Shown: positions 1 through 9,200 of the stretch, piece after piece
Layout of the letters: every line of letters starts with the position of its first letter
Position numbering within the stretch: position 1 is the stretch's first letter
NCBI GenBank assembly: GCA_964568625.1
Contig: CAZMQG010000004.1
Span: 16,289-80,288, forward strand
Reading direction: 5' to 3'
DNA from: an uncultured Pseudomonadota bacterium
GTDB lineage: Bacteria; Babelota; Babeliae; Babelales; RVW-14
Length of the DNA: 64,000 nucleotides
The notes under the pieces: model-generated
Told to the model about the DNA's origin: nothing
What the model saw: the letters and a program-made list of their open reading frames with translations, nothing else
Database searches by the model: none
Translations under genes and position numbers: made by a program

Positions 1-100
1 ACGCTTAAAAGCGTGTAAACGCGTGTATGGAACAGGCGTACCTAGAAGAGTATTTTCACTGTTTTAACCAAATTAAATTTTTTACGGGAAGGGCGGATTA

Positions 101-2635
101 ATGACTAACGATCCCAAAGATGAAAAAAATTTAGAGAGAACGAGTAAACTCTCGATTGAAAGAGAATTAAAAACATCATTTCTCGATTATGCAATGTCGG
201 TCATTGTCAGTAGGGCACTTCCCGATGTTCGCGATGGGTTAAAGCCTGTGCACCGCCGAATTCTATTTGCTATGCATAAGCTAGGTTATTATCATGACAA
301 ATCTTATAGAAAATCAGCTACCGTAGTCGGTGAAGTGATTGGTCACTACCATCCACATGGTGACTCTGCAATTTATCAGTCCATGGTTGGGCTTGTGCAG
401 ACATTTTCCAAGCGTTATCCACTACTTGACGGACAGGGAAACTGGGGTTCGATAGATGGTGATGCTGCAGCTGCAATGCGATATACCGAAGTAAGAATGG
501 CAAAAATTGCAAAAGAGCTTTTGGCTGATATTGAAAAGGATACCGTTAGCTTTACTCCAAATTTTGACGAAACAATATTTGAACCAATAGTTTTGCCTAG
601 CAAGATTCCTAATTTACTTGTAAACGGTTCAAATGGAATTGCCGTTGGTATGGCAACATCTATTCCTCCTCACAATCTTGGGGAAGTTATTAATGCATGT
701 ATAGAAATTTTAAAAAATCCAAATCTTTCTGAAGAGCGATTATTTGAAATTATCCCAGGGCCGGATCTTCCAACCGGCGGGGTTATTTGTGGTAGAGCCG
801 GAATTGTAAAAGGATATCGTACAGGGCATGGTCAGTTTATTATGCGCGGTGTGATTGATGTTGAAGAGGATAAAAAGAGTGCGGCACTTATCATTAAAGA
901 GATTCCTTATCAAGTAAATAAATCTGACCTGATTACAAAAATTGCTGATTTGGTTAAGAATAAAGTTATTGAGGGTATTTCAAATATTCGTGATGAGTCG
1001 GCAAGAGATGGAATTCGTCTTGTTATAGAACTTAAACGCGGTGAAATTCCTCAGGTTGTTATTAATCAGCTTTATACTCATACATCGTTGCAGACATCCA
1101 TGTCAATCATTATGCTTTCGATATATGACAATAAACCGATGTTCTTAACCCTGCGTGAAATGCTTGATTACTTTATTTTGCATCGTAAAGAGGTTATTAC
1201 AAAACGATGCGAATTTGATCTTGATAAGAATAAATCTCGAGCACATGTTCTTGATGGTTTGATTATTGCGTTGGATAATATTGATGCAGTGATTGTATTA
1301 ATTAAGTCTGCGCAAACGGCTGAAGAGGCAACGGAGTTGCTTACTAAGAAATTTAGTTTGTCAGAAAAACAGTGTAAAGCAATTCTTGATATGCGTTTAC
1401 AGCGTTTGACTGGGCTTGAACGTGGTAAGATCAATGAAGAGTTAGCTGAAATTAAAAAAATTATTACAAGACTTGAAGAGATCTTGGGAAGTGAAAGTGA
1501 GCTTGTCAAAGAGATTATCAAGGAACTTGAGCAAATTAAGACCTCATATGCAGATCCTCGTAAAACCAAAATTGAGGGAGCAGTTGATATTTTAAGTGAA
1601 GCGGATCTTATCCCTGATGATGATGTTGTCGTTACTCTCACTCGTCGCGGATATATCAAACGAGTGCCTTTGGAAACATACACACTTCAACATCGTGGTG
1701 GTAAAGGCAAGCAGGGTATTGCAGATCTTGAAGAGTTGGATGATGTTATTCAGGATGCATTTGTTACAAGAAATCACGATGAGCTGTTATTCTTCACAAA
1801 TTTGGGCAGAATTTTCAGTATGGATGTTTTCCAGGTTCCAGAGGGAAGCAGGATTGCAAAAGGTCGAGCAATAGTCAATTTATTGCAAATGCCTGAAGAA
1901 GAAAAAGTTGTCAAATTGCTTTGTACCAGAGAGCTTGAGAATAGATTTCTTGTTATGGTAACAAGACGTGGAGTAATTAAGAAAACGGATGCTATGGAGT
2001 TTGCAAAAATTCGAAAAACAGGAATTAGAGCCATCTCTCTTGACGAGGGTGATGAACTTGCATTCTGTGGATTAAGTTCCGGTTCAGATTCGATTATACT
2101 TGCAACAAGTATGGGCCAAGGCATAAGGTTTGATGAAAAAGAAGTTAGAGCTATGGGGCGCCAGGCTGCAGGTGTACGTGGAATTAAGTTGCGTACTAAA
2201 GATACAGTAGTTGGCATGGAGATCATCTCAGATGGCGGAGATATTTTATTTGCATCGGCAAAAGGTTTTGGAAAACGCGTTAAAGTTGCTGATTTCAGAG
2301 TTGCTCACCGTGGTGGACTGGGCGTAAGAACTATTCCAACTACTTCTAGAAATGGTGCTGTGATTGGTCTTGTTCAAGTTACTGACAACTCAGAAGTGTT
2401 GTTAATTGACACAAATGGCAAAATCATTCGTTTGTCTCCACAAGAGGTACGTACCATGGGACGTCAAGCTGCCGGTGTACGTTTAGTCAGACTGGATGAA
2501 ACCCAGACATTGTTGGCTGTTAAGGCTTTTGAAAAGGTTGAAGATTTGGGTGATACTTCCAGTGAGAATGCTTCTAGTAGCACTAGTATAGAACCTGAAA
2601 AATCTGAAGACAGTTCAGATGAAGCTAAAGAGTAA
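101..2635 (+). CDS. gyrA: DNA gyrase subunit A
   Basis: 844-aa ORF. N-terminal SFLDYAMSVIVSRALPDVRDGLKPVHRRILF, active-site region AAAMRYTEVRM, and C-terminal beta-pinwheel blades with MGRQAAGVRG / MGRQAAGVRL. Acidic Ser/Glu tail. Confidence 0.97.
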   Translation: MTNDPKDEKNLERTSKLSIERELKTSFLDYAMSVIVSRALPDVRDGLKPVHRRILFAMHKLGYYHDKSYRKSATVVGEVIGHYHPHGDSAIYQSMVGLVQTFSKRYPLLDGQGNWGSIDGDAAAAMRYTEVRMAKIAKELLADIEKDTVSFTPNFDETIFEPIVLPSKIPNLLVNGSNGIAVGMATSIPPHNLGEVINACIEILKNPNLSEERLFEIIPGPDLPTGGVICGRAGIVKGYRTGHGQFIMRGVIDVEEDKKSAALIIKEIPYQVNKSDLITKIADLVKNKVIEGISNIRDESARDGIRLVIELKRGEIPQVVINQLYTHTSLQTSMSIIMLSIYDNKPMFLTLREMLDYFILHRKEVITKRCEFDLDKNKSRAHVLDGLIIALDNIDAVIVLIKSAQTAEEATELLTKKFSLSEKQCKAILDMRLQRLTGLERGKINEELAEIKKIITRLEEILGSESELVKEIIKELEQIKTSYADPRKTKIEGAVDILSEADLIPDDDVVVTLTRRGYIKRVPLETYTLQHRGGKGKQGIADLEELDDVIQDAFVTRNHDELLFFTNLGRIFSMDVFQVPEGSRIAKGRAIVNLLQMPEEEKVVKLLCTRELENRFLVMVTRRGVIKKTDAMEFAKIRKTGIRAISLDEGDELAFCGLSSGSDSIILATSMGQGIRFDEKEVRAMGRQAAGVRGIKLRTKDTVVGMEIISDGGDILFASAKGFGKRVKVADFRVAHRGGLGVRTIPTTSRNGAVIGLVQVTDNSEVLLIDTNGKIIRLSPQEVRTMGRQAAGVRLVRLDETQTLLAVKAFEKVEDLGDTSSENASSSTSIEPEKSEDSSDEAKE

Positions 2636-2648
2636 TTTAAGGTAGTGG

Positions 2649-3833
2649 ATGCTTAATAAAAATACAGAGATATTGCTTCATCTATCACTTGCTGAAAAAA
2701 TTGGTCCGGCAACAGTTTTTAAAATATTACACAAATTGTTTCTGGACCAAAATCCAGAATTGCTGAATCCGGATTGGTCTGATATTGCCAAAAATGGTAT
2801 CAATTTAGATTTGAGAGTAATTTACGATTACTCGATATTCGACTTTGTTAATAAATTTGGTTTATCACAAACCTGTGCACAACAAATTTATAATTGTGTT
2901 TCTGATTCGCAAATTTTGGACCAAGAGTTGATATTAGCAGAAAAAAATGACATTAAGATTGTTGATATTTTAAGTTCGGAATATCCGGAAATTTTACGTC
3001 AAATTCACTTTCCTCCAATTGTACTTTATGTTTCGGGAGCCATGTTCGATCGGAAAGCCAGACATTTTGGCGTGGTTGGTGCTCGAATGGCCAATGAATA
3101 TGCCTTAAATGCTATTCAAAACATTCTTCCTACGCTTATCTCAAATGGATGGGTGATTGTTAGCGGTGGAGCAAGTGGTGCTGACACAATGGCTCACAAA
3201 ACAACATTAAATTCCGGAGGGAAAACGGTTGTTGTTTTGGGTTCCGGGCTTTTATGTCCTTATCCTGAAGCTAATATTGATCTGTTTAAAACAGTTGTGA
3301 ATAGTGGCGGAACGGTTGTTTCTCCGTTTCCTCTCAATCGTCAACCTGATAGGGCAACATTTCCTGCGAGAAACCGTATAATATCTGGGTTAAGTTCCGG
3401 ATGCTTAGTGGTTCAAGCTGCCATAAAAAGCGGGGCATTAATTACTGCACGCTGTGCGTTGGAGCAGGGGCGGCTTGTTTTTGCCATTCCCGGCAGAATT
3501 GATGATAATCTAAGTGCAGGATGTAATGATTTGCTTAAGCAGGGAGCAAAACTTGTTTGTCATGCCAACGATATCTTAGAAGAGTTTGGAGAGTGTTTAC
3601 CGCATGGACTTTTCAAACCTTCCGTGAGTGTTACTCAACAGATGGAAATTGGAAAAAACAGTTGTGATCATTGTGAAGATATTGTTCTGTGTAGTCTGGA
3701 TAAATCGGCTACATTTGATGAACTATTAATCAAAACTGGGCTTGAATTTTCTGAGTTGCAGGACAAGCTTTTTACATTTCAACTTGAAGGTAAAGTTAAG
3801 CAAAATTTTACAGGTGCATGGGAAAAAGTATGA
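2649..3833 (+). CDS. dprA: DNA processing protein DprA (Smf)
   Basis: 394-aa ORF. DprA Rossmann-like core GVVGARMANEYAL, VSGGASGADTMAHKTTL, FPARNRIISGLS, VVQAAIKSGALITA. ATG lies 13 nt after the gyrA stop. Confidence 0.9.
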   Translation: MLNKNTEILLHLSLAEKIGPATVFKILHKLFLDQNPELLNPDWSDIAKNGINLDLRVIYDYSIFDFVNKFGLSQTCAQQIYNCVSDSQILDQELILAEKNDIKIVDILSSEYPEILRQIHFPPIVLYVSGAMFDRKARHFGVVGARMANEYALNAIQNILPTLISNGWVIVSGGASGADTMAHKTTLNSGGKTVVVLGSGLLCPYPEANIDLFKTVVNSGGTVVSPFPLNRQPDRATFPARNRIISGLSSGCLVVQAAIKSGALITARCALEQGRLVFAIPGRIDDNLSAGCNDLLKQGAKLVCHANDILEEFGECLPHGLFKPSVSVTQQMEIGKNSCDHCEDIVLCSLDKSATFDELLIKTGLEFSELQDKLFTFQLEGKVKQNFTGAWEKV

Positions 3834-4516
3834 AAGACATTTCATGTCAAGACATTTCATGTCGAGACATTTTATATCTTGGATCACAGTCTGAACCAAG
3901 ACAGAATTTATTAAAGTTAGCAGACATTAACTTTAAAGTTTTGACGCATAAAAGTTCGGAATGTGTGATTGAACCCTCTGATAATTTTGAAAAATATGTT
4001 ATTGCAATTGCTTGTGATAAAATGCAGCATTTACAGCTGCCGGAAGTAAACTCACCTGAAGTAAATTCAGGTGAAAAAAATAAAATTTTTGTTTTAACTG
4101 CAGATACTTTAATAAAAACCGCTAGCATAAATCCAATGATAGGGGCTCAAATTCTTGGTAAGCCAAAAAATCTTGAAAATGCAAAAGAGATGCTCAGAGC
4201 CATTCGCAACCAGCCGGTAGATGTTTTAACAGGTTGCTGTTTACAGCTTATGAAAAGTTCTGGTCAGCATTGGGAAATTGAAAAGAGACAGTGTTGGGCA
4301 ACAGGTGCGCAGGTTGAATTTTCAATTGATGAAGAAAGTTTGGATTTATATTTTGAAAAAGAGCCTTGGGCATTGCATGCGTGTGGAGCTGGAGTTATTG
4401 AGGGGATAGGCCAAGCTTTTTTGAAAAGTATTAACGGATCGTATACGGCAGTGCTTGGATTACCATTATTTGAATTAAGACAAAAGCTTAAAGAATTTGA
4501 TTTTAAATTTTTCTAA
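3830..4516 (+). CDS. maf: Maf-like nucleoside triphosphate pyrophosphatase
   Basis: Maf motifs YLGSQSEPRQNLL, VLTADTLI, GKPKNLENAKEMLRAI, YTAVLGLPL. I chose the ATG at 3830 because it overlaps the dprA stop (ATGA); ATG 3818 is the alternative. The gene contains two 15-bp tandem duplications. Confidence 0.8.
   Translation: MKDISCQDISCRDILYLGSQSEPRQNLLKLADINFKVLTHKSSECVIEPSDNFEKYVIAIACDKMQHLQLPEVNSPEVNSGEKNKIFVLTADTLIKTASINPMIGAQILGKPKNLENAKEMLRAIRNQPVDVLTGCCLQLMKSSGQHWEIEKRQCWATGAQVEFSIDEESLDLYFEKEPWALHACGAGVIEGIGQAFLKSINGSYTAVLGLPLFELRQKLKEFDFKFF
3835..3872 (+). repeat. 15-bp tandem duplication (agacatttcatgtcR x2 plus a partial third unit) inside the maf 5' end
   Basis: Read directly from the sequence. 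It encodes the DISCQDISCRDI repeat. Confidence 0.9.
4040..4069 (+). repeat. 15-bp tandem duplication (ccNgaagtaaaYtca x2) inside maf
   Basis: Read directly from the sequence. It encodes PEVNSPEVNS. The second unit plus the following ggtg forms the hairpin cacctgaa-gtaaa-ttcaggtg. Confidence 0.9.
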
Positions 4517-4525
4517 ATAATTTTA

Positions 4526-4574
4526 GCAATAAAAAAAGAGATGAGCATTTGACGCTCACCTCTTTTTTTATTGC
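4526..4574. terminator. Bidirectional rho-independent terminator between convergent genes
   Basis: Long inverted repeat gcaataaaaaaagagatgagc / gctcacctctttttttattgc (one mismatch) with A/T runs on both sides. It sits between the maf stop and the stop of the minus-strand ORF at 4593. Confidence 0.75.
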
Positions 4575-4592
4575 TTTATTACTATGTTAATA

Positions 4593-5108
4593 CTATTCTT
4601 CTACCTCTACCTGCGTTTCCATAGTATGTATTTTTTCTAGTCTTCTAGGGTTAGGTTCTCCTTGTTTTTTACCTTCAAATTCAGGTAAACCTTCAGCTAT
4701 ACATTTAAGCATTATCTGGAATCGTAAGAATTTATTTTCTAATTTGTTAATGCATACACGTTCTCTGTCAGTTTTTGCAGATTTACGGAGTGAGTCAAAA
4801 GTTTTACTTGATAACTTTAAGTCACTTATCTTCTTATTGATAATGTTTGCAAACTCTTTGGCATCAATTTTAAGATTTTGACGCATTGTTTCCCATTTAA
4901 ACTTTTTTAATTCAAAGATTTTTTTGCGCACATCCATGATTTCCTTGTTTTTTTCATTCAAACGTAGGCCCATTCGGCCTAAAAAGCCTGGATAAGGGCT
5001 TGTTTTACTATCTGATGGACTATCAGCTCTTTGATTTGTTGGAGGATTTTTGGCATAACAGACACTTCCAATCATTACTATGGCTACTGCCACAAGAAAC
5101 TTGTTCAT
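4593..5108 (-). CDS. Hypothetical secreted protein
   Basis: ORF trimmed to the ATG preceded by AAGGAGAT. N-terminal signal peptide MNKFLVAVAIVMIGSVCYA. Lys/Glu-rich helical remainder with no recognisable family. Confidence 0.6.
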   Translation of the reverse strand: MNKFLVAVAIVMIGSVCYAKNPPTNQRADSPSDSKTSPYPGFLGRMGLRLNEKNKEIMDVRKKIFELKKFKWETMRQNLKIDAKEFANIINKKISDLKLSSKTFDSLRKSAKTDRERVCINKLENKFLRFQIMLKCIAEGLPEFEGKKQGEPNPRRLEKIHTMETQVEVEE

Positions 5109-5276
5109 TAATATCTCCTTTTTTAAAACCGACATAATGTGGAACATCCTGGTTTTAATATAGCAAAGTGCCTGTGTGAAAATCAAAAACTGAGTGAAAT
5201 TTTTTCGGGGATAAAACTGAAAACTCTAAAAAACATACTTTTTTGCGGTTTTATCCTAATAAAATGGAGTATTTCT

Positions 5277-5714
5277 TCAATTTAATAAATCGTTTTTATT
5301 AGGTTTCCAGTTCTTAAGAATCTGGTGGAATAAGATATTTTTTGACTCTTCAGTATCGCTATTGGCAGTTGAGGAGTGTTTGGCACCTGAGAAAATAGGT
5401 TTTATGTTGATATTTTTCATATCTATTTTATTTAAAACAGGGAAAATATCGTCTTTTGAATTTTTATCTATTTTTATTTTACTTAAATTTTGGACAAGAC
5501 CGTCTTCCATGAACAATAAAAAACTGATCACTGTTGTATAAAACTGTTCATTGACTTCAATGTTATCTATACCAGAGATTTTTTCAAACTCCTCTGCAAG
5601 TCCGTTTTTTAGTGCATGCTTTATCAGGTTGTTTAACATTGGCCTTTCATTTTGCATTAACCAATTGATCAAAACAAGCAGCTCAAATGATAAAACGATG
5701 TCGCTACCTTCCAT
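5277..5714 (-). CDS. Hypothetical protein
   Basis: 145-aa ORF on the same strand as its neighbours. No recognisable motif. Confidence 0.45.
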   Translation of the reverse strand: MEGSDIVLSFELLVLINWLMQNERPMLNNLIKHALKNGLAEEFEKISGIDNIEVNEQFYTTVISFLLFMEDGLVQNLSKIKIDKNSKDDIFPVLNKIDMKNINIKPIFSGAKHSSTANSDTEESKNILFHQILKNWKPNKNDLLN

Positions 5715-5895
5715 GGTGGTCCCTTCCGGCGGTTACAGGTCAAATTCTGTTATTGATACATTATATATTTAGTTTGATAAATAATCAAAACATGGAGATT
5801 ATATTAAAGAGTTATATGCGCAATTAAGCCAAATGGCATTTTAAAAGTGTTTAATTAAAAATAGGCAGCTCCGAGTTAATTAATTTTGAAAATTC

Positions 5896-7272
5896 CTAAT
5901 CTTTCTTATTAAGAGTTTCATTAAGAAAACCGAGAACCTCTTGCCATGCTTGCTTATCTGCACGAGCGTTGCCCTCAGAGGTTCCTCCTACTGTCATCCA
6001 AGATTTTGCCACCTGGTGATAATAGGGGCGACCAGGTGTTGGCCCGTATGGATTTTGCACTCCGTGTCCAGCATTTGGGAATTGGAAATGTTTTCTCAAA
6101 ATGGTAGATTTTTTCTTATCTAACCGTTCCATAACAAGATTACTGAACAAAGTTGATGGCCACATTTTATCATCTTGCCCAGAAATAAGTAGTATTGGGC
6201 ACACGATTTTTTCCACTGGAATTGTTGCAGCTTCAATATCATTGCTAAATTTTTTCATTAAATATAAAAAATTAGAAGTGTTTTCTTCAGGATCGTCAAA
6301 TGTTCCCTTGTGATTAGGAATTAGACCTTGCTTGGTAGCTTCAAGCATTTCTTCATCAGAAGGTCTTTTTATAAATGGAATAGGCTGACCTTTGTCCGTC
6401 CAAGCGGGCTTATCTCCATCTGACATTCCAGCCCAAACTATGCCGCTTGGTACATATGCAATGACCGCTTGCATCTCTTGAGGAAATGTTGCCGCCAAAA
6501 GAAGAACTAATTCACCGCCTCGAGAACGGCCGCAAATAGCTACATGGTTTTTATCTACCTGTGGTTGTTTTTTAAACCATTGCATTGCATTTTGAAAGTA
6601 TTCAAGTGGAATGTTTTCCAAGCTTTTTGGCAAGCCTTCTACTCGGAAAAATCCTAATGCAAGAACTGTATATCCATGCGATGCAAGAAGTTGAGAAATG
6701 TCTTCAGGTATTCTACCACCTGATCCCCCAACAACAATAACGCCTAGTCCATTTTTAATATTCTTTGGATAAAATAAAGTTCCAACGATACCTTCTTCAC
6801 GAATTTCTCTTCTTTCTACATTGGGCGATACAGCCAGCCGATGTATTGTTTTTTGAGCTCTTAGTTTGCCTTTTGAGAAAATAGACAATAAAATTTCGTT
6901 GGTATTTAATTGCCCCGTACGCTGTAATATTTCTTTATCAGCAGGTGCTATCGACCAAATTAATCCCATAGGATCGATGCCATTGTATGATCCTGAAATG
7001 GGTGCTTGTTTGGCCACGTTTACCATGCCCTTGTCATCTGCTTGAAAAGTAGCACGTGAAGTCCAAGCATTGTTGTCTTTATCTTTGCATGAGGCTTCAA
7101 TTGTAATTTGTGCATTTGCTGAAAGATTTGAGATGGAAATTTCAACAGGTTCATCAATTAACGGCTTTTCTGGTGTGATATAAATTTTAGGTGTGATTCT
7201 TCCATAAAGAAAAATAAAACCCAACACGATAAACATGCACGATAGTAAAGTTATGAATAGTTTTTTTGTCAT
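5896..7272 (-). CDS. Acyl-CoA thioester hydrolase / BAAT-family alpha/beta hydrolase, membrane-anchored or secreted
   Basis: Nucleophile elbow ICGRSRGGELVLLLAATFP (G-x-S-x-G), N-terminal beta-sandwich region, C-terminal HGV. Start trimmed to MTKKLFITLLSCMFIVLGFIFL (hydrophobic leader). Confidence 0.6.
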   Translation of the reverse strand: MTKKLFITLLSCMFIVLGFIFLYGRITPKIYITPEKPLIDEPVEISISNLSANAQITIEASCKDKDNNAWTSRATFQADDKGMVNVAKQAPISGSYNGIDPMGLIWSIAPADKEILQRTGQLNTNEILLSIFSKGKLRAQKTIHRLAVSPNVERREIREEGIVGTLFYPKNIKNGLGVIVVGGSGGRIPEDISQLLASHGYTVLALGFFRVEGLPKSLENIPLEYFQNAMQWFKKQPQVDKNHVAICGRSRGGELVLLLAATFPQEMQAVIAYVPSGIVWAGMSDGDKPAWTDKGQPIPFIKRPSDEEMLEATKQGLIPNHKGTFDDPEENTSNFLYLMKKFSNDIEAATIPVEKIVCPILLISGQDDKMWPSTLFSNLVMERLDKKKSTILRKHFQFPNAGHGVQNPYGPTPGRPYYHQVAKSWMTVGGTSEGNARADKQAWQEVLGFLNETLNKKD

Positions 7273-7730
7273 AAAAAGTCCTTTTTTGTATTTTAAAGTT
7301 CTACATATTTTCAATATTAATCGCAAACCTAACAGAATGCAAAACTTTAGGATATACGCCTTTAACCCTCATTTAGATGGTGGTTGGGGATGATGAATTA
7401 CTCCATGCTTTTAATATTTTACTAGTCGCAATATTTTTTCCTTTTGGTTTAGTAATAACATCTGATATGATGCTATTAAATTTTATTAATTTTATTAAAT
7501 TGGGTACTTTATTTTGGGTTGGCACTTTAGTTAAAAGGGGTGACAATGAAAAAAATTACGATAAAACAATTGGAAGCAATTGTTAGAGTTTTCAGGTCAA
7601 TTTTTGTTGCAGATATGGAGCATTAGTATAAGTTGTTTAATAACGTTATTTCAGGGTAAAATGCAGGCTTAATTGAAAGAGTAATTAACTGCTATAATAA
7701 TTGATTTACTAATGTTGATTAGGAGTGGTA

Positions 7731-9005
7731 ATGATTTTACATGGCCCCGAAATGTCTGATAAGGTAGTTTTCAAGCGTTGGGTCGATAAAAAAGATCCAT
7801 GTTTCCAGTATGTTTTTGATGATATAAATATTGCTGATTTTCAAAAAAATCTCGAGAATGGATCGGGCAACAAATACATAACCGAGTTTAATAGACTTCT
7901 AAGAAAATCATCTAAAAAGCCATATTTGACCAAAAGTATTATTGATTTTTTTTGTCTTGATCCATTGCGTCCGGATAAATTTGAACTTACTGATAAAGTA
8001 AAAGAACGGCTATCTAACGTTTACTCATATCTTGAGAGCGATATTAACCAATTTATCGAATATATAAAATTACATGAATTTTCAGATGAGTTGATAAACA
8101 AAGTTGAGTGTAAGACAAATTTTTTGACTGTGATTAATAAGTACAAGAATTTTGTGCAGCTGCTGTTTGCCAATTCTGACCCTTTTTTAACTCAAAACAA
8201 TCTTTTTTGTGTTGCAAATAACTTATTTGAGTTTTGTTTTTATCCAAAAACGGCATTGAAGTTTGAACAACTTCTTAAATCTCCGGAAAATTATCCAATT
8301 GTTCGAATGTTTTATTCAATTATGTGGAATTATCTTGCCGGACAGGGCTGGAAGGACTGGAGTAGATCTACTCTTAGTAGCATTAGAGATTTGACTAAAA
8401 ATGGAGAAACTGTTGTTTATATTGCGGGTGGAACTGATATTTACCAACTTTTAAAATACGGAATTTATAATATAACCGTTATTGACCCAGTACTTCCTTC
8501 ACAGCCTGATTATTATTCTGATATTTGGGATTGGCTTGTGGTTAATAAAACTGAAAATAATGGCATTGGAGATGTTGTTAATTATGATTTTGGCAATCGA
8601 AAACTTGTGATGAAAAGAACAACCTTTGATAAGTTAGGTTTTTTTAAAGCGGAACTTTCGTTCGGAAAAGTTATTGATATTATACAAAGTCGTACGGAGT
8701 GGACTGTTTTCGATGATTTATACAACGAGTTAGGCAAAGTTGTTTTTGAACGTAGATTTTGTAGGCAGGATGATTTTGTAAAAAAAGATAATAGCCATTT
8801 GTTGATTTCTTTTAACGAACTTTATTATATTGCATCCAATAATTTAAATGATAGCTGGGGAATTGATATTTCAAAACTGGATGATAATTTCAAGATGTTT
8901 GTAAAGCAATTACGCAATCCGGTTAATAAAGATGTTTTATGCAATATGCAAAAGGCAGATAACTCAGACTTTTCATTTATAAAATTAGGTTCGAATACAA
9001 GATAA
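7731..9005 (+). CDS. Hypothetical protein, paralog A of a tandem pair (Rossmann-like VVYIAGGTDIYQLLKYGIYNITVIDP motif)
   Basis: The ATG at 7731 lies 5 nt after AGGAG. Long collinear similarity to the next ORF, e.g. FYSIMWNYLAGQGWKDWS vs LYSTMWYHLVGEGWKDWN and FVKQLRNPVNKDVL vs YVKQLRTPVDVDVL. Confidence 0.7.
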   Translation: MILHGPEMSDKVVFKRWVDKKDPCFQYVFDDINIADFQKNLENGSGNKYITEFNRLLRKSSKKPYLTKSIIDFFCLDPLRPDKFELTDKVKERLSNVYSYLESDINQFIEYIKLHEFSDELINKVECKTNFLTVINKYKNFVQLLFANSDPFLTQNNLFCVANNLFEFCFYPKTALKFEQLLKSPENYPIVRMFYSIMWNYLAGQGWKDWSRSTLSSIRDLTKNGETVVYIAGGTDIYQLLKYGIYNITVIDPVLPSQPDYYSDIWDWLVVNKTENNGIGDVVNYDFGNRKLVMKRTTFDKLGFFKAELSFGKVIDIIQSRTEWTVFDDLYNELGKVVFERRFCRQDDFVKKDNSHLLISFNELYYIASNNLNDSWGIDISKLDDNFKMFVKQLRNPVNKDVLCNMQKADNSDFSFIKLGSNTR

Positions 9006-9023
9006 TAGAGGCGTTTATTAATT

Positions 9024-9166
9024 GATGGATCCTGAATTCCGCCTACGCCCTGTCGTGGCTACGGCGAGGCAGGCAAGTTTCAGACGTCGCTGAAGCTATC
9101 AGCCGTCGCCCCGGTGGCTATGGCCGACACGTGGCTGACATGCAGGATTACAAAAACTGGATCGGG
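9024..9166. repeat. GC-rich palindromic repeat module (copy E1)
   Basis: Abrupt GC-rich block in AT-rich DNA. It contains ggatcctgaattcc, gtggctacggcg, gccgtcgcc and gtggctatggcc, motifs shared with the blocks at 20902-21085 and 24551-24808. Confidence 0.7.
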
Positions 9167-9200
9167 TAGTATTTTCTTGCTTTGGAAAAGGGAGTTGGTA

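Noticed and set aside
318-2226. Several 60-170-aa ORFs antisense to or out of frame within gyrA (318-512, 415-603, 1168-1683, 1592-1777, 1596-1874, 1774-2226).
   Set aside because: They are fully embedded in a confidently identified gene, have low-complexity translations and no RBS. They look like AT-rich frame artefacts.
3835-4069. Short tandem repeats considered as a possible CRISPR or minisatellite array.
   Set aside because: There are only two to three units of 15 bp, with no spacers, and they lie inside coding sequence. They are not CRISPR-like.
7377-7586. A 69-aa ORF in the spacer upstream of paralog A.
   Set aside because: It has no convincing RBS, a hydrophobic low-complexity translation, and lies in a promoter-like AT-rich region. 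It cannot be supported.
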